Positions 49,377-59,900 of a stretch of 64,000 nucleotides of DNA are shown in pieces (the stretch's first letter is position 1; each line of letters begins with the position of its first letter). Source of the stretch: an uncultured Nitrososphaerota archaeon (GTDB taxonomy: Archaea > Thermoproteota > EX4484-205 > JAAOZP01). The stretch covers positions 60,584-124,583 of the forward strand of contig CAYQCW010000004.1 of assembly GCA_964416155.1 (NCBI GenBank), written 5' to 3'. A program made the position numbers and the translations under genes. The notes under the pieces are model-generated. The model was not told where the DNA came from. It saw only the letters and a list, made by a program, of their open reading frames with translations, and searched no databases.

Positions 49377-49528
49377 GTCTTCCTATAGGCGGGAGTGCTA
49401 ATATCTGTTTTGGCCTCGGCAAACTGGTTTTGCAGAACATGATCAAAAGCGTGCTACTCTCCGCTGGCAGGCTTCTTTTACTTGAACGTTTTTCAAAAGC
49501 CTTATAAAGTTGGCGCGTGAAGACGAGT

Positions 49529-49870
49529 ATGAGTAGGTTAATTGCGTATTGCGGGCTAATATGCTCTGATTGTCCGGCTTTTCTGGCAACTCAGAAGAAC
49601 GATGATGCTGAACGGAAGACGGGTGGCGGAACTCTGGCCGAAAAGAGTTCGGCAACTCCTTCAAGCCTGAGGATATTAATTGCGACGGCTGTTTGACAAC
49701 GGGGGAAAGAATAATTGGCTACTGCAGGATCTGTGAGACAAGGAAGTGCTGGCAAAGCAGGAAGGTTCAGAACTGTGCTTGCTGTGAAGAATATCCTTGC
49801 GAGAAGCTTGAAGAATTCTTTAAAACAGTTCCAAACGCCAGGAAGAACCTGGAAAGTCAGGAGAGGCTCA
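49529..49870 (+). pseudogene. DUF3795 Cys-rich protein with two frameshifts
   Basis: MSRLIAYCGLICSDCPAFLAT / RVAELW / KPEDINCDGC...CRICETRKC...NCACCEEYPCEKL in three frames. Confidence 0.8.
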
Positions 49871-49947
49871 CTCTAGAGGCCGCTTTTCCACAGGTGTTTT
49901 TCAAAACTCTAAACCATCCTAGGAGAACAGGTGGTCCGGGGAAACCA

Positions 49948-51435
49948 TTAGGAGAGGAGGCGAAGCCATTTCGCAATCCGTTCCGCGAGGAAAACGACCG
50001 TTTTCAAAGAGATCTTTAAGAATGGGTTTGTTTTATTGAAATACCATCCTGAGAGGTCTTTTATCCAATGGAGGTCGTGCTTCAAACATGCCTTCATCAC
50101 CTCCAGCTGTTCCTCCGTAGGCCTAGCCCTATACCATTCCCCATTCTTGAGAACACCCATGGGCACGAAATACATGGGTATTATCAGGCTTCTAAACTCT
50201 TTAAGTTCATCTATGAGCTCAAGGGTTTTAACAAGGTCCTCAGGCTTCTCCTGGGGCAGGCCGATTATTATGGTTGCTGCAGGCACTACTCTAGACTCGT
50301 GCATTATGGAGAAAGCCTGTTTCACGATGCTCGGCCAGGAGGCTGCCGGGTAGGGGGCTGTTTTCGCAGGCATTGTTTTCTCAGCCAGCCTTGGTGATCC
50401 TGTTTCAATACCGACTTCAACCCCTATGTAGTCATGTTCATCCTGGAGAATTATCTCGGATAGGCGTGTTATGAGGGAATGGTTTTCCTGAGCATGCTTG
50501 ACTGCGGAGAGGCTCACGTGGCTCCATCCTACGATCTTGAAAAACCTCCTAGCCATCTGGTGCAGCCTTATCAATGGTTCCGGCCTAGGCTTAACCCCGT
50601 CAGCCCCATATAGAAGGATATCTTCAGCGTGCAGGAGGCACCTGTTTAGCCCGCAGGCCTTATTCACCTTGAGCTCCTTCTCAATCATTTCAAGAGGACA
50701 CTGTCTTAATGGTCTTAGAGTCACAGAGCAAAACCTACAGCCCCTTGGGCAGCCCCTCATTATTTCAACCAGCCCGTTTACCGAGGCATTTTTAATCGTA
50801 GGAATCTCGCTCAGCATCGGGGTGTCCTGGATTCCAACATGCACGTATTGCGGAAGAGGCTTGCCTTCTAGAGCATCTTGGACAAGCTGCACTATTGCTT
50901 TATCGGCTTCTCCCTCAATAATGGTGTCTACGCCCCATTTCTCAGCGTACTCGGGCATCCAGAGCCACTGCCACGCGGCGGGCCCACCCACAATTATTTT
51001 AAGCCCATTTTTCTTAGCCGCTCTTATCTCAGGTTTCTCCATGAACCTTTTGAAATACTTTGAGTTAACAGGCTCCTTCCCAGTTAGAACCCACCATTCG
51101 CTGCTCGGAGGCCCAAGCGCAAAGTAATCATGGTGGCCTATTCCAAGAACCCTAGCTTTTTCCAAGTGTTTTCCAAGGTGGTCAGGGTCTATCACGGCAG
51201 CCTTAATACCTGCTTCGAGCAGCGCGGCCTCTATTTTTCTAAGCCCGTACGGTGCTTCCAAGGGTCTTCCTAAATCATCCACTTTCATCCTCGGGGCGGC
51301 TATAGTCATCCAGACTTTCTCCGGAACCATAATCGGCGGGCCGGTTGCCAGAAAGCCTAGAAACTCTTTACCGTGATGGTTACTCATGAGGGTTCTGTCG
51401 ACGGAAAGCACCACGTCGAAGCTTTCATAAACCAT
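49948..51435 (-). CDS. Radical SAM protein with B12-binding-like N-terminal domain
   Basis: APYGLRKIEA, VGGPAAW, RGCPRGCRFC, GIETGS. Confidence 0.9.
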   Translation of the reverse strand: MVYESFDVVLSVDRTLMSNHHGKEFLGFLATGPPIMVPEKVWMTIAAPRMKVDDLGRPLEAPYGLRKIEAALLEAGIKAAVIDPDHLGKHLEKARVLGIGHHDYFALGPPSSEWWVLTGKEPVNSKYFKRFMEKPEIRAAKKNGLKIIVGGPAAWQWLWMPEYAEKWGVDTIIEGEADKAIVQLVQDALEGKPLPQYVHVGIQDTPMLSEIPTIKNASVNGLVEIMRGCPRGCRFCSVTLRPLRQCPLEMIEKELKVNKACGLNRCLLHAEDILLYGADGVKPRPEPLIRLHQMARRFFKIVGWSHVSLSAVKHAQENHSLITRLSEIILQDEHDYIGVEVGIETGSPRLAEKTMPAKTAPYPAASWPSIVKQAFSIMHESRVVPAATIIIGLPQEKPEDLVKTLELIDELKEFRSLIIPMYFVPMGVLKNGEWYRARPTEEQLEVMKACLKHDLHWIKDLSGWYFNKTNPFLKISLKTVVFLAERIAKWLRLLS

Positions 51436-51437
51436 TC

Positions 51438-51695
51438 CTAAGGCACGGTTATCTCCTCGTCGTAAGCCTTCGTGTTCCTGTTCCCACCACTATACACTAT
51501 TATCGTTGCCTGCATATTCTTGTTTGAAAGAGACCTGATCGCCTCCAGCAGTTCTCCACGCTTAAAACCCTGCATATCGATGATTATGCACCTATATTTC
51601 GTAAGCAGGGGGACAATTCTCTCGACAAGCCTGCCCGGCTCTTCTAATTTTTTTTCTTTTTTAACAGTAACATGGAGCTTTCTATCAGGGTTCAC
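51438..51695 (-). CDS. Small hypothetical protein
   Basis: Fits tightly in the operon between the regulator and the radical SAM gene. Confidence 0.6.
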   Translation of the reverse strand: MNPDRKLHVTVKKEKKLEEPGRLVERIVPLLTKYRCIIIDMQGFKRGELLEAIRSLSNKNMQATIIVYSGGNRNTKAYDEEITVP

Positions 51696-52106
51696 TTAAA
51701 CCACCTTCTCCAGGATTTTCTCGAGACACTGCATCACCTTGTACTTCACGTAATCTTTAACGAGCTGAGAGGCTTCTTCTTCGACAAGCCTTCTGTATGT
51801 TGAAATATATTTTAAGGTGATGTGCGCAGCCTTCCTCCTACTGAGCCTTCCCTCAAGCCTGTCCTCACGCATCTTTTCCAAAACGTTGATTGCAACACTC
51901 TCAACCATGATTATCTTCCTCTGTCTATGGCTGGGGTCCCTAGCGATTTTTAAAACGCCTTTCCGTGAAAGATTCCGAACCTCTCTGGAAAGCACTACTC
52001 TTGAAAGTTTCCCTTTAAGTCTGTCGGCCAACCTGTTAAACGAGGTTCCACCCGGATGGCTAGCCACTTCGTCTATTATCTTTCCCTGGATATGGGTTAA
52101 GCTCAT
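51696..52106 (-). CDS. Winged-helix transcription regulator
   Basis: GTSFNRLADRL...LSRVVLSREVRNL...RDPSHRQRK; start placed at MSLTHIQ from the TATA position. Confidence 0.75.
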   Translation of the reverse strand: MSLTHIQGKIIDEVASHPGGTSFNRLADRLKGKLSRVVLSREVRNLSRKGVLKIARDPSHRQRKIIMVESVAINVLEKMREDRLEGRLSRRKAAHITLKYISTYRRLVEEEASQLVKDYVKYKVMQCLEKILEKVV

Positions 52107-52114
52107 CGTTAAAA

Positions 52115-52153
52115 ACCGGTACATCGATGAACCGGTATTTAAATATACCGGTA
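52115..52153. promoter_or_regulatory. Three ACCGGT palindromes at 16-bp spacing across the TATA box, putative autoregulatory operator
   Basis: ACCGGT at 52115, 52131 and 52147; TATTTAAATA at 52136-52145. Confidence 0.65.
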
Positions 52154-52232
52154 ATTATTCCAGACACTCTAAAAATGGTTAAGTGGGCGCCGGCCCCTGT
52201 TTAATCCGTTCACACTGCTGTAGTCCCGACGG

Positions 52233-53681
52233 TCAGCAGTGGAGCCTCACGACGTTTACCGAATGGGGTTTCAATACTATGTTTATCTTTCCATCGGCTG
52301 CTTCAACCCGCGCCTGTTCTATTCTAACCCTGTCCGGCTCTTCAAGCGTATTCCTGTCCTCAGCCGATTCCCCTGCGATAAACTGTTGCACGCCGCTCTT
52401 CGGAGTAAACCCTTTGAAATCCACTTGGAGCTCAACACCGTTATCCCAACTCCTGTTTAAAACATAAAGGTATACTGTCTCCCCGTCTTTCGAGGCCGTT
52501 GCGGAAGCATCCATGTAAGGTACATATCCGCCGACATCGGTGGACATGTAGTGCTCTGAATCAACCAGCGTTCTAAGAACACTAACCCCCTTATTGTTGC
52601 TGTACATTTTGAAAACAAAGTATTGAGGTGTTAGAACCATGCGTCCATCAGAAGCAGCTATTATAAGCGGCAGGACGTTCACAGTCTGCGCGAAATTACT
52701 TATTGGAACGATGTTACATAGTCTTTGAAGCATATTCAGAACCCCTCCTGTGAAAACAGCATCCCTCACGCGCGTAATCTGTGTCACTAAGGGTTCCTTA
52801 GCTTCAGGATACCAGACGTTCCATTCGTCGAAAGCTATTTTTATCTCGTGTTCTATCCCGTATTTTATCCTAGCGGCTTTAATCAAGCCGTAGACACTTT
52901 TAAGCCTCTGCTCAATCTCTTCCGGAAGAGCTACTAGCTCACCGTATGGCATACTTCCCGAAGCATAGAAATGAACAGAAAGATAGTTGAAGCATCTCCC
53001 TGCTCCCTTAAGCATTTCAAGGTTCCACTCAGGATCTTCGCAACCAACAGCCACAAGCTCTATGTCCGGGTCAACCTTACGCATCTCGTTCGCATACTCA
53101 ACAGTTCTCCTAGCGCATTCAGCACCGTCTACGCAGAATCCTATCTGCCATTTCCCGTGCAGCTCGTTACCTATGCCCCAGAGTTTGACACGGTAAGGCT
53201 CCTCATGGCCATGCTCGCGTCTTAGGGAAGAATAGTATGTGTTCATGTTCGAATTACAGTATTCAACCCATCGTGCAGCCTCCTCAGGCGTCCCATTTCC
53301 AGCGTTTACAACTATGAACGGCTCCGCACTTATCAGCCTACACCACTCTATGAACTCGTCTGTCCCGAAAAGATTAGGCTCCTCAGCTCTCCACGCCATG
53401 TCGAAACGCCTCGGCCTCCGGCTTACGGCTCCAACACCATCCTCCCAGTGGTAGCCGCTTGCAAAATTTCCACCGGGCCATCTTACGAGAGTAGGATTCA
53501 AATCTTTAACAGCTTTCAGAACATCAAGACGATAACCCTTCACATTAGGTATTTCAGAATCCCTGCCGACCCAGATGCCTCCGTAGATACACTCGCCCAA
53601 GTGTTCAATAAACTGACCGTAGCATCTCTTGCCGATAGTGCCTATTGGCGTGGTCGCGTCAACGATCACCCTGCTCTTCAA
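52233..53681 (-). CDS. Alpha-L-arabinofuranosidase, GH51
   Basis: GQFIEHLG, RWPGGNF, WGIGNE, FDEWNVW, AQTVNV. Confidence 0.93.
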   Translation of the reverse strand: MKSRVIVDATTPIGTIGKRCYGQFIEHLGECIYGGIWVGRDSEIPNVKGYRLDVLKAVKDLNPTLVRWPGGNFASGYHWEDGVGAVSRRPRRFDMAWRAEEPNLFGTDEFIEWCRLISAEPFIVVNAGNGTPEEAARWVEYCNSNMNTYYSSLRREHGHEEPYRVKLWGIGNELHGKWQIGFCVDGAECARRTVEYANEMRKVDPDIELVAVGCEDPEWNLEMLKGAGRCFNYLSVHFYASGSMPYGELVALPEEIEQRLKSVYGLIKAARIKYGIEHEIKIAFDEWNVWYPEAKEPLVTQITRVRDAVFTGGVLNMLQRLCNIVPISNFAQTVNVLPLIIAASDGRMVLTPQYFVFKMYSNNKGVSVLRTLVDSEHYMSTDVGGYVPYMDASATASKDGETVYLYVLNRSWDNGVELQVDFKGFTPKSGVQQFIAGESAEDRNTLEEPDRVRIEQARVEAADGKINIVLKPHSVNVVRLHC

Positions 53682-53786
53682 ACCTGTCCACCTTGAAATA
53701 CAGCTTGGCTCACACTAATAAAGATGTTTTTTCCAAACAGCTGGAAAAAGTAGAGGATGAAATGCTCAGGCTGCCATACTCTTCCT

Positions 53787-54425
53787 CTAGAAAGTTTTAG
53801 ACTCGAAGTATTTCTCCAGCAGTTTACGAATACCGCTCCTAGTTATTTCAGAGAAGGTTGAAGGAACTATTCCAAGTGTTTTCGCAAGCTCCCTGGTGCT
53901 GATTTTCCTAGGGGTGTCGAAGTAGCCCATTTTCAAGGAAAGCCAGAGCAAGTTCTCCTGCTTCTCGGTTAAAACACCCTCCTTATGGTCATGCTTCGTT
54001 AAACCAAGAATTCTAGGCTTAAACCCGAGGGGCTCTAGGATACTTACTATTTGTTTAAAGACCTCGTAGCCCGGTGCTATGAACTCGTAGATCATCCGGT
54101 ATCCCCCTATATGCTTGCCTGAAATAAGGAAAGCGCCTTGAGAAAGCATTGTGTTGCAAACGTTACACCCCTCTGTTTTGAAGGAGGCGAGTACGGAGCC
54201 CTTAGAGCTTTTCAGAATCCTAAGATTCTCCCCGGAGGTCTTTCGGAGCTCGCTGACGGGAAACCGGACCAGGTGTCTCACGGAACCATCAGGCAGCCTT
54301 CTAACATCGATAAGCTTACAATCGTTGATGCCGAGCTTAGACATGAGCTCCAACCCCCTGCACTGATTATTCTCAACCTCGATAGTCACATGGTAAATTG
54401 CTTTTTCAAGAACCATATGGTCCAT
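53787..54425 (-). CDS. Bat-like HTH_10 transcriptional regulator
   Basis: C-terminal LTEKQ...GYFDTPRKISTRELA..LGI.PSTFSE..R...RKL. Confidence 0.88.
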   Translation of the reverse strand: MDHMVLEKAIYHVTIEVENNQCRGLELMSKLGINDCKLIDVRRLPDGSVRHLVRFPVSELRKTSGENLRILKSSKGSVLASFKTEGCNVCNTMLSQGAFLISGKHIGGYRMIYEFIAPGYEVFKQIVSILEPLGFKPRILGLTKHDHKEGVLTEKQENLLWLSLKMGYFDTPRKISTRELAKTLGIVPSTFSEITRSGIRKLLEKYFESKTF

Positions 54426-54538
54426 CTTTCCATAGAATAGCTGACCGATTCGTATTAAAACTTATCTGGTGCGAGTAAAAGGTTTTTCCACTGTATTGAG
54501 TTTATCTTTAAATATGTGGCCGGAGTCATAGGCACCAG

Positions 54539-55174
54539 ATGCTGAAAACCCTCCTCTCAACCCAGCAATTCTTAGAATGGTTGGAGCAGCTTGCTTATCA
54601 GTATGGATACCTGGGTATATTCTTCCTGTCCTTAATCGGAGCCATTTCCATCGTCTTTCCAATACCCTATACTGTCGTGATCTATCTGATGGGCTCCGTA
54701 ATAGATCCCTTTCTAATAGCCGTCTCAGGAGGCTTAGGATCTGTCTTCGGAGAGCTAGCCGGCTACGCCTTGGGATACTACGGCAGGACGCTGATGGGCG
54801 AGGAGCGGAGGAGGAAGATGGGTTACATGCTTAAGATATTCGACCGTTACGGTGTTGCAGCAATATTCCTGTTCGCCCTAACTCCTCTGCCTGACGACCT
54901 GCTGATAATCCCACTTGGCATAATGCGCTACAACCCGGTTAAGTTTCTCGTACCGTGCGTCTTGGGTAAAACCGTGATGTGCCTAATACTGGCACTCGGA
55001 GGGAGGTTTTCAATAAGCCTGATTAAAAGTCTTTTCGGCGGGGAGGGAGGATGGGCTACAACCCTGGCGACTTTTCTGCTTCTAGCGGGAGTCATAATAA
55101 TGATGATGAAGATAGACTGGGAGGAAATCTTCTTCAAATACGTGGAGAAGCGGGGGAAAGCGGAGTCAAAATAA
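54539..55174 (+). CDS. DedA/VTT (SNARE-associated) membrane protein
   Basis: FPIPY, GSVFGE..GY.LG, FALTPLPDD, GK. Confidence 0.88.
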   Translation: MLKTLLSTQQFLEWLEQLAYQYGYLGIFFLSLIGAISIVFPIPYTVVIYLMGSVIDPFLIAVSGGLGSVFGELAGYALGYYGRTLMGEERRRKMGYMLKIFDRYGVAAIFLFALTPLPDDLLIIPLGIMRYNPVKFLVPCVLGKTVMCLILALGGRFSISLIKSLFGGEGGWATTLATFLLLAGVIIMMMKIDWEEIFFKYVEKRGKAESK

Positions 55175-55205
55175 TTAAATAAGGGGTTTGGAGCACTAGT
55201 GTTTA

Positions 55206-56114
55206 ATGGAAAACCTTGAAAAAGAATACTGGCTTGAGGTTGAACTGCAACACCCTAAAGGATGGATGTTAGCCGCGGAGTCGGGAGGAATGTTAGACGG
55301 GTATTTCAGGATAGACTCGAAAACCGCCGCTAAGCTTGAAGTAAAGTGGGAGAAACAGGCTTCTGACAAGAGGGCGAAGGCGAAAGCGCAGCCGATGATT
55401 GTGATAAACAAGTTTATCGAAGACTATATGACGCGGGCTAAGAGGAAAGGGAAGGCTGAAGTATATGAGCGGGGGAGTGCAAGAATATGCGGACACAACG
55501 CTTACTTCGCAAGATGGCGGGATGTTGGCGATATAGTTACCGTCTCCTGGGTGTGTGAAGACGAGAACAAGGTTTTTCTTCTCAACTATTATCTGGAGCC
55601 GGCCGAGAAATGGGAGGATGTTGCAAACTGGCTGATCCCCGGGTTTATATGTCATACTTCGGAAAAATTCTGGAGGTACCGTCTGATCGGCGTGGAGTTC
55701 AAAGTGCCCAAGGAGTATTCTCTTCAAACAAGGAAGCTTTTACTAGGCAGGCCGATGGTTGTTTTTAAAGCAGGGGGGAAAACACTGCTGATCCACTGGT
55801 CCGCATTCGCCAGAGAAACCCTTGTTAAGTATCGGAGTCTTGCTGAATGGGCGAAGAAAGAGGTTCCGAAAGAAGTGAGCAGCATCATGAAAGGGTTGAA
55901 ATACGATAAGCTTAAGCCCGACGAGGAGACGGGGAGAGTGATGTTGGAGGAAACGGGACGAACATTCTTCGGCGGCAAGACGAGTGTTAAAAAGTTAAGG
56001 ATTTGGCATGACTCGGATTCGAACAGAATATTCGTAACAGGCTACTCCGGTCCTCGGGAGAACATTATCGACATGGAAGAGCTTGAGAAAAGCATAGTGT
56101 TTAAGCCGGTCTAG
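55206..56114 (+). CDS. Hypothetical protein with two related alpha/beta domains
   Basis: HPKGW...EVKWEK and FKVPKEY...IHWSAFA repeats; directly upstream of the PqqD-like gene. Confidence 0.7.
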   Translation: MENLEKEYWLEVELQHPKGWMLAAESGGMLDGYFRIDSKTAAKLEVKWEKQASDKRAKAKAQPMIVINKFIEDYMTRAKRKGKAEVYERGSARICGHNAYFARWRDVGDIVTVSWVCEDENKVFLLNYYLEPAEKWEDVANWLIPGFICHTSEKFWRYRLIGVEFKVPKEYSLQTRKLLLGRPMVVFKAGGKTLLIHWSAFARETLVKYRSLAEWAKKEVPKEVSSIMKGLKYDKLKPDEETGRVMLEETGRTFFGGKTSVKKLRIWHDSDSNRIFVTGYSGPRENIIDMEELEKSIVFKPV

Positions 56115-56124
56115 GTGAGCAGAG

Positions 56125-56661
56125 ATGCCGCTTTTCGGGAAAAAGAGGGAGCCTCCGAGGGTTTCGCCGGGAAGACTCTACAGGAGTATACCTATCGTAA
56201 ACCCGAGGGTGAGACACGAGGAGGATGCGGACGGCATCGTCACGATTCTTATCCCCGTCCCGACGGGCGACTCTAAAAAGCCTGAGAGGACAGCGAGGAT
56301 AAAGCTCGACGCGATAGGGAGCAAGGTTTGGAAGAGAATAGACGGGAAAACACCTCTGAACGAAATGGTTCAGTGGATGAGGCAGGAATTCACGCTGACT
56401 GAGAGGGAGGCGGAGGTCTCGCTATCCATGTTCATGAAGAGTCTTGTCGACAAAAAACTTGTGGCACTTGCCCTACCGCCGCCGACGCCTGGAACACCTG
56501 AGGTTCAGGAGGAGATTGAAAGAATAAGGTTTGAAATAGAAGAGCTTGAAAAAGCCTTTAAAAAGAAGAAGTTGGACGAGAAAACTTTCAGAGAGCTTAA
56601 AGAGAAATACGAACAAGCCATCAGGGAGCTTGAGGAGAAAGAAGCCGGCCGAGATTCTTGA
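56125..56661 (+). CDS. PqqD/RRE-domain protein with C-terminal SHOCT-like helical tail
   Basis: IKLDAIGSKVWKRIDGKTPLNEMVQ...F...EAEVSLSMFMKSLVDKKLV; tail LEKAFKKKKLDEKTFRELKEKY. Confidence 0.8.
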   Translation: MPLFGKKREPPRVSPGRLYRSIPIVNPRVRHEEDADGIVTILIPVPTGDSKKPERTARIKLDAIGSKVWKRIDGKTPLNEMVQWMRQEFTLTEREAEVSLSMFMKSLVDKKLVALALPPPTPGTPEVQEEIERIRFEIEELEKAFKKKKLDEKTFRELKEKYEQAIRELEEKEAGRDS

Positions 56662-56955
56662 AGCCGGCCTGCATGTTTTAGCGACAATCCTACGCTTCTC
56701 TCTGGTCAGGGTCGCTGCATGCTTGGCAATAGCATGCTTTTAAAGGAGTAAGCAATAATATGTTTTAGGCATGTGCTAAATCCTCTGGAAACGTTTAAAT
56801 AGTGTGAAATCCCTTTTTCTTCTCCTCAGATACTTCAGTGGCGAAACCAATACGAGGAAGCGGAAGAATAAGCGTAAGCAGGTTTCTAGCAATATGTATT
56901 CGTTTCCCTTGTACAGAGATTTTTTCTGAAGCCTATTGGTTGAGAGGTGTTTTAA

Positions 56956-59900
56956 ATGCCTAGGATGGGCAACATAAGAAAAGCGCTCGTCATAGGAAGC
57001 GGGGGGATCGTGATTGCTCAAGCAGCGGAGTTCGATTACAGTGGGAGTCAGGCTTTGAAGGCTTTGAAGGAGGAGGGTATAGAGACAGTAATCGTGAACC
57101 CGAATATTGCGACGATTCAGACGAGCAGAAGGATGGCTGACAAGGTGTATCTTGAGCCGTTAACCGTTAAATCGGTTTCGAGAATAATTGAGAAGGAGAG
57201 GGTTGACGGGATTCTGCTTGGCTTCGGGGGTCAGACGGCTCTCAACCTTGGCATAGGCCTGCATGAGGCGGGTGTCTTAGACAAGTATGGTGTTAAAGTG
57301 TTGGGGTGCTCCATTGAAACCATCAGGATGGCTGAGGACAGGGACCTGTTTAGAAGAGCCATGTGGGAGATAGGCTTGAAGGTTCCTCCGAGCAGTGTTG
57401 CAAGAACCCCGGAGGAAGCGATCGAAGCCTCGGAGCGCCTGGGTTTACCGCTTCTCGTCAGAACCTCTTTCACACTCGGGGGTCAGAGCTCAGGCATAGC
57501 TAGGAACCGGAGTGAGCTTTACGACGCGGTTTCAAAAGCTTTGAAATGGAGCATTAACAGGGAGGTTCTAATAGAGAGGTCCTACTATGGGTGGAAGGAG
57601 CTTGAATACGAGTATATGAGGGACTACTATGGGAACAGTGTTTCAGTCGCGACTATAGAGGGCTTCGACCCTCTAGGCGTCCACACGGGTGAGAAAATAG
57701 TTGTGGTTCCGATTCAGACGCTTACGAACAAGGAGTACCACATGATTAGGGAGGCCGGTCTCAGAATCGTGGACAAGCTTGGAATAGTTGGAGAGTGCAA
57801 CATTCAGTTCGGCTTGAATCCTGAAAATGGGGATCTCATCGTCGTCGAGGTCAACCCGAGGCTTTCAAGGTCTAGCGCGCTGGCGTCTAAGGCTACCGGC
57901 TATCCTCTGGCGTACCTTGCAGCGAAGCTCGCCCTAGGATACCGGATAGAGGAGCTTACGAACAAGGCTACTGGAGTTACGAAGGCTAGTTTCGAGCCTG
58001 CACTGGACTATGTGGTTGTAAAAATCCCCAGGTGGGATTTCAAAAAGTTCCCTGGAAACGTTGACAGAACCGTGGGGACGATGATGAAGTCTGTTGGAGA
58101 AGTAATGGCTATAGGCAGGACTTTCGAAGAGGCGTTGCAGAAGGCTGTTAGAATGCTTCAGATAGGCAGGGTCGGCGTAGTGGGGAATGAAGGCGAAGAA
58201 GACGGGGTTCCATCCGATTTAACCGGGTTTCTTAAGCCGAGCGATGAGAGGCTTTTCAACGTCGTCAGAGCGTTGAAGGCTGGTGTTAGAGTAGAAGAGA
58301 TAAGCAGTGTGACGGGCATAGACAAATGGTTTCTCTACAGGATACTGGACATAATCCGTGTCGACTCTGAGCTTAAATCCCTCCGCAGCGGGAAGGATGG
58401 GGAAGAGATCGTTGAGAAGATTAAAGAGGCTAAGAGGCTCGGCTTCTCAGACATTCAGATAGCAAGGAGGCTCAGGTGGAGCGAAGACGAGGTGAGAGGT
58501 TTCAGGATTAAACATGGTGTCAAACCAGTCTTCAAACTGATAGACACGATGGCTGCCGAATGGGAGTCCGTTACAAACTATCTTTACGCTACCTATGGGG
58601 ATGAGGCCAATGATGTTTCAGAAACCACCGGCAGAAGGAAGGTGATCATTCTTGGAGCTGGGACCAACAGGATTGGGAGCAGCGTCGAGTTCGACTACTG
58701 CACGATGCACACCGTATGGTCCATGAAGGAGGAGGGTTTCGACGAGGTCATCGTCGTGAACAATAATCCTGAAACAGTCTCCACGGACTACGACATGTCG
58801 GATAAGCTGTATTTCGAAGAGCTGTCGTTTGAAAGAGTTATGGATATTGTGGATGCTGAGAAGCCTGAGGGCGTCGTAGTGACAATGGGCGGGCAGGATC
58901 CGATCAACATTAGTCAAAAACTCTATAAGCACGGTGTCAGAATCCTTGGGACGTCTCCGCTGAGCATAGATTTTGCTGAGGACAGGGCTAAGTTCAGCCT
59001 CCTGCTGGATAACCTAGGCATAAAGCAACCGGTCTGGACAAGGGTGACCAGCATGGAGGAGGCTGTTTTGAAAGCAAGGGAGATAGGGTACCCTGTTTTA
59101 ATAAGGCCCTCCTACGTGCTGTCTGGAGCAGCGATGAACGTTGCTTCAAATGAGGAGGAGCTTGTAGAATATATTCGCAACGCGACAAGAATATCTCCTG
59201 AACGCTCCGTGGTCATAAGCAAGTTTTTCGAGCAGGCTTATGAGGCGGAGGTGGACGCTGTTAGCGACGGCGAGGATGTGTTCATAGGTGGAGTAATGGA
59301 GCACCTGGAGTATGCTGGGACACACAGTGGGGATGCAACCATAATCCTTCCTCCCCAGAGGCTTGGCGAAGACATTGTCGAGAAGATTAAGGATTACACT
59401 GTCAGAATCGCGAAGGAGCTCCGAATAGTCGGGGCTTTTAACATACAGTACTTGGTTAAGGATTCAGAGGTCTACGTGATAGAAGCCAACGTTAGAGCCA
59501 GTAGGACAATGCCTTTCGTAAGCAAGACGAGGGGCATCCCCCTCATATGGCTTGCAGGAAAGCTTATTGCTGGGCGGAAGATTAGCGAGTTTAAAGATTC
59601 GCTGAAGTACAACGAGAGGACGATTGGTGTTAAAGTACCGGTTTTCTCATTCATCAGGCTTAAAGGAGCTGATCCTGTTCTAGGCGTTGAAATGAGGTCA
59701 ACGGGTGAAGTAGCATGCATAGGTTACGACTTCATAAACACTTTCACCCGGGCTTGGGAGTCTTCGGGCCTAAGCCTGCCGTCTAAAAACGACATCATAT
59801 TCATAACGGTTAGAGATGAGGATAAGCCCAGGGCTTTAAAACTAGCTTTAAACCTTAAGGAAATGGGGTTCACAGTGGCCGCCACTCGACGCACAAGGGA

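Noticed and set aside
49948-56661. Radical SAM plus PqqD as one RiPP cluster
   Set aside because: About 4.7 kb apart on opposite strands with unrelated genes between; no SPASM domain and no evident precursor peptide.
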